From Paraspadella gotoi (Eukaryota > Animalia > Chaetognatha), in assembly GCA_051294375.1 (NCBI GenBank), contig CM119269.1:20254814-20318813 (forward strand): a DNA stretch of 64,000 bases. Reading direction: 5' to 3'. A program made the position numbers and the translations under genes. Positions 52,667 through 64,000 of this stretch are shown in pieces; the stretch's first letter is position 1, and each line of letters begins with the position of its first letter. The notes under the pieces are model-generated. The model did no database searches. It saw only the letters and a program-made list of their open reading frames with translations, and had not been told where the DNA came from.

Positions 52667-53402
52667 TTCTCTATACATTTCTTTGTTTCTTCGTTTCTTC
52701 GTCTCTCTTGTATAATATATAATATTACTCTCTCCAAAAGAGTTTCGAGATTTCGATACAATGAAACATCCAATTAATCAATCAATCTAATTAGCACGAA
52801 AATGAATCATTAAATCTTTTTAACCTATTTAAGATTAATAAATAAAAAAAAAAGAAATCATTCCATTGGAAAATCAATTTGTTATCAATTAAACATTTCA
52901 TGCAATTCAATCAAATTAAAAACAACAACTGATAAAACCAAGTCAAGATTCTGTCCAAAAATATTTTCTTGTTAAAGTAATACATAACTCAAGCACTCAA
53001 AATATATTTGTATATAATAGTCAGGAGTTAGGAATAAATTGATAATTTTATATTGATTGTATCATTTTCATTATTATTTAATATAATACTTATACTTTAT
53101 AACTTTTCCTAAATCTAGGAAATGAAATAAAAAATACTATATCTAATAATACTCGAATAAATAAGATATTGAGTTGTGAACCAATCATCGATGATAAAAT
53201 CACGGATGATAAAATTGACGACCAATAAGTGAAGTCGTTGTCCGCAAAACTAAAAGCGTCTCTTGTCGCCGTTTCTCCGCACCAATGGAAGAACTCGGAA
53301 CTTTGCGGAACTCCACAAGTTCCCTTGTCTTCGATCAACCAATGAAAGGAAATCGGTTTATGGCAGCGACCAATCAAAGCTCTTACTTTGTTCCTCGTTC
53401 AT
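52385..53402 (-). CDS. Putative small spliced gene, unknown product (~80 aa)
   Basis: Phase-compatible GC-richer segments ~53387-53402, ~53222-53328, ~52564-52581 and ~52385-52481 give MNEEQNKGTCGVPQSSEFFHWC...DFTYWPGVVGGSNKGLVPRLFTYIHAPASERDFWTSQGFRDN*; no homology recognised. Confidence 0.3.
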
Positions 53403-53493
53403 CCGTTTTTTTCCCGGCGAATGAATGTAGTTAGCCGATAGGAACCTCGAGCCAATCAGAGAGTGGAGGAAGGAACGGAGAAGAGGAAAGCTG

Positions 53494-53539
<46 letters not shown>

Positions 53540-53629
53540 TATGGCTTCGTCTAGGTCGTAATCCTCGTCGTCGCCGTCGTAACCGTCGTCGTCATAATCG
53601 TCGCCGCCGCCGCTTCCTGGCACCGCGAT

Positions 53630-53702
<73 letters not shown>

Positions 53703-55041
53703 ACGCTTTCCCTCCCTCCCTCCTCTCTTCTCTTTCTCGTTTTCTCGCGTCCTTTCCTCTCATCTTTTTCCGCGACGAGAAAAAAAAAATTACGAAACCG
53801 AAATTTCTTTTTTTTTCTTTCTTTTCTTCTTTGAGCTAAAAATAGGATCACGTCAAAAGCCAAGGAGTGAAATCCCATTAATACCGATTATTTTTGTTAT
53901 CATCAATTACTTCAATGATATAAATGACATTAATGACAGAACTGGTAATCATCTCGGTTGATAAACTCCTGATCTCTGGTTGCTTGAGAACTCAATGACT
54001 TTGATCAATCGCAATGCGAATCCAAATCTCCATCTCTAATATCGCAATTCTATAATAATTTTTTCTCGCCGACTCCAATCTACACGATCACACGTGAACA
54101 ACGAAAAATATCATCAAATAGATGTTTATTACTTCAGTCAGTGTGTATGTGACTGACCAGTTCGGATCGACAATCGCCAGTGAAGTCAACTGAGTCACCA
54201 ACTGTGATCGAATCGAGTCCAAAGGAGCACGGTCAGCGAAACGCGAATCGATCAGCCTCACAGTTTCACCTCGTCGATCGAATTTCCATCACGAAAGAAA
54301 GTCACGGAAGAGAGGAAACTGAAGTGTTTGTTCAACAGAGCGGTTTTAAACGAATCTTATTTGCTGCTGCGGTATCATCATTGACGTTCCAACGCCTTCG
54401 TATTATTTTGTCGCCCTCTCAGTCCCTGAGACTTCGACGGTTTAAACGTGACACAAAGCATCACAGCGCGTCATAATCGTTGAACAGCACCAGTTTAAAC
54501 GTCAAAAGTGCAACTACAACACAACATCACTCCTTCCCCAGCTACATTGTTTCTGACAACATCAACTCCAGGCTCGACGATGGCACCAACTACTTCGTCG
54601 ACCCTTGAACCCTGAGCTCAAAATAGGTGAGTTAATATAATTCACCGACCCACCAGGGGTCATTCTTGGAGATCATTGACCTTTTTACCACTTGACCTCA
54701 GGACCATAACACTTTAAGTAATTGGTTTCTTTGATTGGTTTCTTTGTTTCTTAGTTTCTTTGTTTCTTTGTTTCTTTGTTTCTTAGTTTAATTCTTGGTA
54801 GTTTTGTCGTAAAATTTCTTGATTACCATTAGGCTACATAAAATTACAACAAAAAAAAGACAATATATTACTCATTTTACTATATTAGACTTTAAAATAT
54901 ATAGAAATTTAAAATATGAAATATAGTTTACAAACAAAATATGGATTTCCCGTTGTCATCGTCTTCGTCGTCGAAGACTCTTAGGCGTCATAATTATGGG
55001 CGACGTCTTCTTCATCAGCGGCGACGCTGTTACTGGCATCT

Positions 55042-55075
<34 letters not shown>

Positions 55076-55220
55076 TGCCGCGGGCGTCGCGAGGCGAAAC
55101 TTTTTTGGGGGACAACAACAACAACAACCGAAACTCGGAACGGAATCCGTGAAAAGTTTTCGTGGAGAAGAATCGAGGGGGCTAGAGGCATCGTGGAAGC
55201 CGAGGCCGTCGGTCACACCA

Positions 55221-55327
<107 letters not shown>

Positions 55328-55935
55328 AATTGAAATAAGGCGGGAAAAATTTGCACAGTGACAGTGCGTTTGAAAAGAAAAGAAATCTCTCAAAATTCAT
55401 ATCAGGTTGTTATTATGTCTCAGACGACCCCCACAATTTCTTTGCTGCTAACTAAATATGACAAGATAAAAACTAACTTAGCATTTAAACCAATAGGAAA
55501 AATGTAGCAAAAAAGATTTATTGTAATTTCTTTACTGAAATAAATTAATTTTTTTTGGTAAAATTTGCGGAACGCTTGGGAATTGGGAATTGGGAATTTC
55601 AAAAAACTTCAAAAAGAAAATTTTAACAATCGAAAAGGAGAAAAAAAAATCCGCAAAAAAAGGCAGCGACCTGCTGAGGCACTCTTGCGCAGTCGAGGTC
55701 GACCCGCTCATTCGGACGCCGGGTCTTACATTGGGAGTGTTAGGGTGTGAGAGAGACAAGAGTAGCGGGGAGTGTGGCAAAAGAAGCAATGGAAGTGTAG
55801 CAAAAGAAGCAAAGGGAAGTGTAGCAGAAGAAGCAAGGGGAGTGTGGCAAAAGTGCTATTAGGATCGCGGGGCGGTCGCGGTTTTCGTTCTTTCCCGAGA
55901 CGGGCATTCTCGTGATTAATGGCTTGAGGGAGTAA

Positions 55936-56040
<105 letters not shown>

Positions 56041-56126
56041 AGAGAGGGAGAGAATAAAGAGAACAATAACAAAAAAAAACTCGATTATCAAATCTGGGAC
56101 GAAATGTTGCGCGGCGTGACGAAAAG

Positions 56127-56174
<48 letters not shown>

Positions 56175-57335
56175 TGATACAACTCGAAAATGATAACAAC
56201 GACGACAAAGAAGAGAATTATATGTATTTTCCTCTTTTGTTATGACCTATGAGTTACGGAGTTTGCTTCAAAGACCAAGTTTAAAACTTTGTTTCAACTA
56301 AAATATACCATTTAAAATTAACAGATCGCCTCTCAATGTTTTCTTTTTTTTTTTCTTTTCCTGACTTCGCTCCTCTTCCTTTTTCCCTCTTCTTTCCCCG
56401 AAACCTCGTAAAACCGAAAAAGATGGTTGAACGAGATAAAAAAAAAAGTTAAACCCATGAATTCGGATATTTTTTTTTTTTTTCACTTTTTTTTTCCTCT
56501 CACCTGTTCTTTGCTTCTTATATTTTCCTTTTTCTACCTCCGCTCTTCTTCCTCTCTTCGCTTCTATATTAATAGTATTATCACATCATCATAACCTAAT
56601 GCTCAAACTCGATTCCTATCTTCTCCTAACCGATCGGACGTTTTCAATCCCTCGTTTTTTTTTCCATGCAATTTCTATTGCGTCTATCTCGTGTAAATTC
56701 TTGCACGACTGCATAACCAGTTGCCACTCCATTCAACTTTGCGCTCTCTTACTTGGTAAATTATCATAATTATACTAATATTTCCCCCCTTCGTTATCTG
56801 TTCTGCTCCAGTTCCACCCTTTGTAATCTTTTTGCGATCGCTTCCGCTCCTCTTCCTCTTTAAAATCTCTGATTCCTTTTATTCCTCTTTTCCAACGGAC
56901 AGAATTTGAATTTTTTTTCCTTCAAAAAATTAACCTTTTTATGTTTTTTTTTTCTTTCGGTTTCCAGCGGTTATTTTTTCATTCTTTTTCTTTCCTTTCT
57001 TGTTTGTTTTTCTTTTAGTTTTAAGTTCACTTACTTTACTTTTTTGTTGTTGTTTTTTTTTCTGTCTCAAGTATAGAGATTAAGGTCAGACTCGAACTAT
57101 CGGGCATCTTCAATTTTCGAAAAAAAAGGGACGCTGCAATGAAAAAAATGTTTATTTATGGTAAAAGTTTTCGTTTCTACAGTAAAAAAAAAACACCATA
57201 GTCGAAATATAAGCAGGGAAACAAACCAATTAAAAAAAAATTAATCTCCATAAATGGGCGTAGATAACGTTGAAAATTAACGGGCTTTTTTCTCCTAAAC
57301 CACCCATAAAATGGGCGGTAACCACCCGTTTGGTT

Positions 57336-59582
57336 TCACTGTCGCTCCTCCGAACTTTTCTCCGATTTGAGTTGAAATTGAGGAATTTGACAGCGAATGA
57401 CTTCCCCTGAATCGTTGTCCTCCAACTCGAGGTGACCCCAGATCGATCCCGCGGAGGCCTGGGCGCGGAAAAATGGGGACAAGAAAGGTTTTTGATATAG
57501 GGAATTTTGATTGTAGGGGACCAGCGGCTTTAACGAACCACCGTATGTCCAATCATCTTCTCTATTCGATTACTGCAACGCATTAGTATTATACATTATA
57601 CTTGATAAGTTTTTAAATGAATTGTTATATTTGTAAAGCGTTGATGAAAAAAACTCCTGACCGAGAAGCTGCAGTAGCTCGTGGTCTGGAAACTGGGATT
57701 CCATTTGCTGAGGACGGCATGCCGACCATCGAGACCTCGTTCCATTTTCTTGTCGTAAGTTCCGTTCTGAGGCGAATTGTGGTAAAGAGAGAGATGAATT
57801 TTTACGACCTCTTCTGAGAAGGTTGGGGCGTAGGAGAAAAAGGTAAGAAAAAGTAGGCAATTCTAAAAAAAAAAATTAGGATATTTAGTATCAATATTAA
57901 ACCGAAAATATACAACGTAAAACAACTCTCACCCGAGAGGAAACCGTCCAGTTTCTTCTTTTAATTCGAAAATTTTTTTCTCCTAGATTCTCGACCCTTA
58001 AAATGTAGCGCCACCAGTACCGAGTATCTATAAACATTTCGACGAGTTGATTGATTGATTGCTTGATCGATTGATGTTCTCTCTCTCCAAGCTCACCCCC
58101 TCTTTCCCCGCCGTGCGATCCCATGTAAAACGGAACCACTGTGATTCTCACGTCACCCGTACACGCCCTGTAGGCCACTTCAGGTTTCAACCAGCGCAGG
58201 TTCCGCTTCCTCCACTTGATCAAAGTCCTCGTGCCAACGTTGGCCGGCTCCTTGGCGTCGCGCGCCGGCGGCGCCGCTTCGAAGAAGCGTGAAAAGAGAT
58301 CGTGGGTGATAGGCGGGCGGCGTCGGTGAGCGTGGAAGGCGGAGAGGGCGTTGCCGAAAGGGAGGAGGCTGGAAGAGGAGGAGGAGGAGGAGGAGGAGGA
58401 GGAGGAGGAACGGAGTGGTTGAGAAGGGAAGGTTGGATTTCAAGTGAAAGAAAATTGGGTGAAATCTTGCTGATGCCGCAAAAAGGGATCTGCCACCGGG
58501 AACGCCGACGACGACAAGATCCAAGATCCTCACCTGAAATCGTCCTCACTCTCCGTGAGACGGTAAGGCAGGATGTCGGCGTTGTGGACGTAATCGATCC
58601 CTGGCATCGAGAAGACGACGAGCCGATCGCCGACGTCGCGACCCAAGAAGCTGACCCCGTCAACGTTGCTGCGGACGTAGGAAGAGTCGCCCGCGTCGAC
58701 GAGCACGTTGTAGAAGAGCTCGGGGGAGCGGGCCGAGAGAGACTGTGGAAGGCGAAGCGGTAAAGGAAGAATAGCGGGAAGGCGAGTTCGGACAAAATCA
58801 ATCATGTACTCTTTGATTTTGACATTTTGACATCGAGAAACTTGAAGTCAAAAAATCTAAATTTCCCTCTACATATGTTAGGATAAAAACTCGGGACCTC
58901 GTGACCTTTTAACGGTACCTTACAGTACTCGATGACACCGTTAAGTGAAGACATTATATAGTATGAATGAGGTTTTGACCGTCTGATCTCTCGTCAGCGA
59001 AAGATGTCAACCCGCCCCTAGACCCGGTTCCCCTTCCAAAGATGTCAACCCGCCCCTACACCCGGTTCCCCTTCCAAAGATGTAAACCCGCCCCTAGACC
59101 CGGTTCCCCTCCCAAAGTGGCCCGACCGGGTTCTCGATGTCCCCAGTCATGATCTCGATCGTCTTCTCTCCGTCCGCGACCGGCACCGTCGGCGTCGTCG
59201 CCTCGAAGATCTTCGTCTTCCACGGGAGAAGGATGATGCCTCTGTAGCCGAGTTGCTTGTGGAGGAAGAGCTGGCCTGAAGGATGGGGTATCGAAAGGGG
59301 GATGAGGAGGGTGTGGAGGGGATGAAAAGGGGAGACGAATGGTCAAAGAATTATTGAAAGATGATAGTCCACAACGACGTCGACAACGACAGAAGCTACT
59401 CCATAAACGCATCAACGTCGACGTCCTCAACTACCCGTCTTGTAGCTGAGATTGGTGTCCATCGGATCCAGTGGAGTCTGCAACTTCCCGACTTCCTGGA
59501 GGAGAGTCGACGCTCGACGCCGACCGTGGACGAGCGAGTCGGCCGCCGCCCTGCACGCAACGACGCCGAGGCTGCTGAACAT
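57336..59582 (-). CDS. POLDIP2: Polymerase delta-interacting protein 2 (YccV-like + ApaG domains), 7 exons
   Basis: Exons 59435-59582 (Arg-rich transit-like N-terminus, ..YKTG), ~59128-59275 (QLFLHKQLGYRGIILLPW), 58533-58743 (YNVLVD..MPGIDYVHNADILPY), ~58097-58368 (HDLFSRF..VRITVVPFYMG), 57932-58027 (YWWRYILRVENL), ~57661-57767, 57336-57458 (GSIWG..IPQFQLKS*); motifs recalled from animal POLDIP2. Confidence 0.93.
59000..59117. repeat. ~38-bp tandem repeat x3 in POLDIP2 intron 2
   Basis: AAAGATGTCAACCCGCCCCTAGACCCGGTTCCCCTTCC. Confidence 0.9.
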
Positions 59583-59907
59583 TATGATTTAATATATGTT
59601 GGGATAGGAATGTGACGTTGTGTGGTTTTAAAGGGGGCGGGGCAATTGGAGGATAATCGTTTATAAATATTGTTTAAAAAAATTAAAAAAATGAAATTTG
59701 AACTGGAAGTAAGCAAAGGGTTTTTCGCTTGGAGAAAAATTTATCGTTGGTTTTTTCTGACTTTTTTCTTTCTCTCTCTTTGTCTCTGTCTCTCTCTCCC
59801 TATCTCTCCTTCTCTCTCTCCTTTTTAAATCTCTGTTTCTCTCCCCGGTTTGTTTTGGTTTCATTGTGGGGGAACAACTTAAACATGAGCTGGAGATTAA
59901 AACGGAA

Positions 59908-59950
<43 letters not shown>

Positions 59951-60229
59951 AAAAAGAAAGAAAGAGAGAGGGGAAGTGAAATTGTCCTATATCTATGGAC
60001 TGATATCTTAGTGAGTAAATGGATTTGATGAACACCTTGGTTATCTCTCTTTCCTTATCAGTTTTGCTTCAAGAAATCTGAAACAAGAAAAGAGAAAGAT
60101 TCGGAAAGAAAACAAGAACGGTAATTCCAATGTGTTACGCCGCAGTGACTTTATTTTATTACTAAAAAAACCTTTTTTTTGGATTTATGACATGCACTGC
60201 ATCAAAAATCTGTCTTTTATTCTTTAGTT

Positions 60230-60423
60230 TTAGGAATTCCTGAAGGCGGTGCTTGCAGTCCCTTTGATTTGAGGTTTTTTCTATCTTAACAAATGAGCGA
60301 TCAATTATAGGCTAATTATGTGCATTTTTATGTAAGTGGGACAGACTGTCAGACAGACATACCAACCGACCGACCTAAAACTGACTTAAAGAGTTGCGAG
60401 TACTCGCGGCGCAACTAAAAAAA
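60230..60423 (-). mobile_element. Helentron-like element, same family as 51839-52060
   Basis: Reverse-complement similarity; ends (GACA/GACC)n..AGAGTTGCG..CGCAACTAAAAAAA. Confidence 0.7.
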
Positions 60424-60990
60424 CGACAAAGGGAAGAGGGAAAAAAATCATGGTGAAGGTCGATGAGATTACCGATTAACATTAAACAATATCGTAGGAT
60501 AATGTTTTTCGTTTGCTCAGACTTAGTCTATGTTTGTTTGTTGATGATGATTGTTCTGAATCAACCTTGTTGTATTCGAATAAAATCGCATGATGATTAG
60601 ATTATTGAATAAGATTTAAAAGCAACCAACTTTAGATTTTATATCAGAAAAAAACAAAAACAAAATAAACAGAATGAAATGAACAAACAATTCCACAATT
60701 GAGTCGCTCACATTGCGAAGGAAACCGCAACGGAAATTAAGGCTTTTAAAACAAAGTAATTGAATACAAACTAATAAAAAAAGTAATATGATACTGTTGA
60801 ATCACGAAAATTAAAACTGAAATCTTTCTTGCGGAATCACTGTGGGTCTTAAGGCTCATGAAGTAAAATGTGGGGAGACGAAATGTCTTAGTTACGCCTT
60901 GAAAGGATAATCTCAACCCCTTGGGGCCACCCCACGGATCTCTGTCCTAGCGACGATGACCCAGTGTGTGTGAGAGAGAGAGAGAGAGAG

Positions 60991-61052
<62 letters not shown>

Positions 61053-63204
61053 CTTTTCCCGGAGGTTAAATTTTTTTTTCTCTTTTCAAACGTGTGGAGG
61101 AATGGAATTAAATCCCATGAAAGAGTTTCGGTTGTCGGACGGACGACGACAACGACGACGACCACGACGACGACCACGACGACGACCACGACGACGGTCG
61201 CTATCCAAAAACTCATGCATGGTTACGAAGGCAACTTTAAAAATTCCTCTAGTCCCCCATTTCCTTTGCCTTTGGTCTCCCGTAATCACTAATCAGCCTT
61301 TAAGTCACCGTTTCTTGGCAGTCTTTCGACAGTTCGCCTTTATTTTGCCTCGGTTTTGCTGTGAAGCCTCAATATAAATTGGTTAGTCTCTGCATAGTAA
61401 TACCATTTTCCTTATTTTTCAAACCATAATTTTCTTTTATTATTTATAGTTATTTTCTTTGCTGCCAATAATTTGGCCAACGAATATTCGGTTGCCAAGC
61501 GAACTTTGATGTGATCTTCTTTTTCGTCATCGTCTTCGTCGTCGTAGGTTTAGACATGGTCATTTCAGTGCCAAAGGAAAATAGTCACGGTTTTCATGAA
61601 TATTTATCATACATTTATGAAATATTAATTCACCGGCAGCTCAGGTCGTCTCACTCATCCAGTTTATAGTTCGTTGGTTGATTTTGCTTTACATTTTGTA
61701 ATTAGCAGAAAGAAACTGAACCTTAATTTAACTTTTATCTGCTCTGCTATTTTTAGGTGTTTTATCCCAACAGATCTTTCTCTAGCGCCCCTACCTTCAA
61801 CTGACTTCTCAACAGCTGACTTTTCTCCGACTTACCTCATTCTAAATCTCGTGCTTATATGTAAGCAGTGACCAGCAGTGACCAGCAGTGAGCACTCTCT
61901 CCAATCCTCCTTTCTCAAACCGCCCGCTTCCCTTTGCCGTCAAAGAGACGATCCGTTTAGGACACGTGAGTCCCAATCGATCCTTATCATCAGCGATTAT
62001 CACTAACGAGAGTGATTATCAGTTTTATCACAAACTTATAATCTCCAAAGCATCAGACCGAAGCTCCGGTCTCGGCGAGAACTGGTGTTGATAACGGCGC
62101 TAAAAGTTGTTGTTGTTGTTGTTGTTGCGATTGTTTGTTTTTGTTTTTATTTATTTTTATTCAGTAGCTGTTATTGATGTTAATTTCCATTGTTGTAGAT
62201 TGTTTTTGTTGTTTAGTCGAGATGTGGCTAAGTTGGTTGGTCGTCGTCGTAGAAAAAATTGTTGTTGTTCTAATTTTTGTTGATGTTGTCGTCATTGTTT
62301 TCGTCGTGTTTCTGTTATATTATGTGGGGAAGTGAGAAAGACGAGATCTAGGTAATCCTATCAATGAAAAGGAAAGANNNNNNNNNNNNNNNNNNNNNNN
62401 NNNNNNNNNNNNNNNNNNNNNNNNNNNNNNNNNNNNNNNNNNNNNNNNNNNNNNNNNNNNNNNNNNNNNNNNNNNNNNNNNNNNNNNNNNNNNNNNNNNN
62501 NNNNNNNNNNNNNNNNNNNNNNNNNNNNNNNNNNNNNNNNNNNNNNNNNNNNNNNNNGGGGATTAAGGGGTGGTGAGGCAGCGATGGGGCGTTGCGTCCA
62601 TTGGGTCAATTCGCCGCCAGGGGCGTTTTTTTCGAGAAACCGACCCACGTGAACTGAGGTTCGGTCATTTTGACGAAGACGACGACGAAGACGACGCTCG
62701 CGACGACGAGGACGAAACGACGTCGTAGATGACGTCTCTGGCAGCAGCGGGGGCGCAGCGAGAGCGCGATGCTGCTGCGACGGCTACGGCTCAACTCAGC
62801 CCGGTTTATCAGCGCGAGAAAACGCTTTGGGCACCGACGCCGCTGTAAACTTTCTCTCGCCAAATACAACGACAACGACAACGACGACAATGATGAGGAT
62901 GAAGACGAAGACAACGAGGACGACGACGTTCATAAAGACGAAGTCGTCATTGCAGACGAAACTCGGATTCGTTCCCGACGGAGGTGTCGCGCGGACGCAT
63001 CGATGCATCACTGAAAATTTGACGGTCGACCGCGTCAAACTCTCTCTCTCTCTCTNNNNNNNNNNATCTCTCTCTCTCTCTCTCTCTCGCGACTTACCCT
63101 CACGTGATCTTAATTCGTTCGGACCGCGGCGGTGAAGATATTTCTCCTTTCGTTTCTCTTTTCCTTTTCTCGCCGATTTCTTGAAGTTGGCGACCTATGA
63201 AAAA

Positions 63205-63292
63205 GAGGAACCAATCACGAGTGATCATTGAAGGGAAGTTCACTTGACCAATTAGGGTTCGTGGTCGAGGGGAGTTGTGCCCAATCAGAGTC
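63205..63292. promoter_or_regulatory. Cluster of three CCAAT boxes (candidate NF-Y promoter)
   Basis: ACCAATCA (63210), ACCAATTA (63248), CCCAATCAG (63280), 32-38 bp apart, next to a GC-rich island at 62560-63135. Confidence 0.45.
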
Positions 63293-63325
63293 TGGTTCGT
63301 TGGAAGGAGAGAGAGAAAAGGCGAG

Positions 63326-63363
<38 letters not shown>

Positions 63364-63520
63364 GAGAGAGAAAACAACTGAAAGTGACAAGAATTAATGG
63401 GTTTTTCTGTGTCCTTCTCAAAAAGGGAGGAGCTAATAGGATATCTCACCTGCTCATGGGCTGGGTTCTCGTTTTTTTCGGTCTCCAGACTCAATAGCCG
63501 ATGAGAAAAAAAAAGAGAGA

Positions 63521-63562
<42 letters not shown>

Positions 63563-64000
63563 CAGTCCAGCTTGGAAAACCGTTTGATTTGGTGAATTAT
63601 GGGACGGGAAGTTTCCGCCTTCGAGGCACGGAGTCAAAGATTGTGGGAAATGGAAATCGAAGGAAGATCGAATTGGGAACAGGGCGGGGAACGCAGTGGG
63701 GAACGGGGCGGGGAAGGGAGAGGGGAATGGATTAAGAAGGAAGCGGAGATTTTAGGGAATAATGAATTGGCAAGATTGGTAATAAAAGTGGAAGGGTTCA
63801 TAGAATCGACGATAGGAAAATAAACAAAACACAGAATAGAATTGTAATTTGTATTGACTGTGAAATAAAAAAAGAACCGAATGGAAAACGATTCATGTTA
63901 CTCTTACGTTTACTTTTTCTCTAAAGCCCAATCATTACTTGTTCTACCCCAAAAATATGGAAGCCAACTATTCATCCTAAAGTCTAAAAACATTTCCTGT

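Noticed and set aside
60850-60895. Hammerhead-like CTCATGA...GAAA
   Set aside because: Core G mutated and stem II does not pair.

Overview
Intron-rich, AT-rich invertebrate animal genomic DNA from a draft assembly. It has N-gaps, homopolymer indels, a noisy stretch at about 22-36 kb, and a near-identical duplicate (1-3346 = 9360-12699). Genes spliced by hand: a BTB/POZ protein with an unassigned basic C-terminal domain (+); two tandem trypsin-family serine proteases with Trp-|-I/VVGG activation sites (-), plus a partial duplicate of the first; a secreted CBM14-sushi-EGF-CBM14 protein (+) whose ~23 kb first intron holds an antisense, N-acylated globin; and POLDIP2 (-). Repeats include mini/microsatellites, an inverted-block 16-bp satellite, Helentron-like elements, a MITE and a TTAA-flanked Kolobok-like element. 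The most notable finding is two related families of tRNA-headed short elements, each carrying a P5-type twister self-cleaving ribozyme fold directly behind the tRNA-like head (51340-51415 +, 48919-48995 -), with stem covariation between the families. All calls are by eye; no database search or folding program was run.
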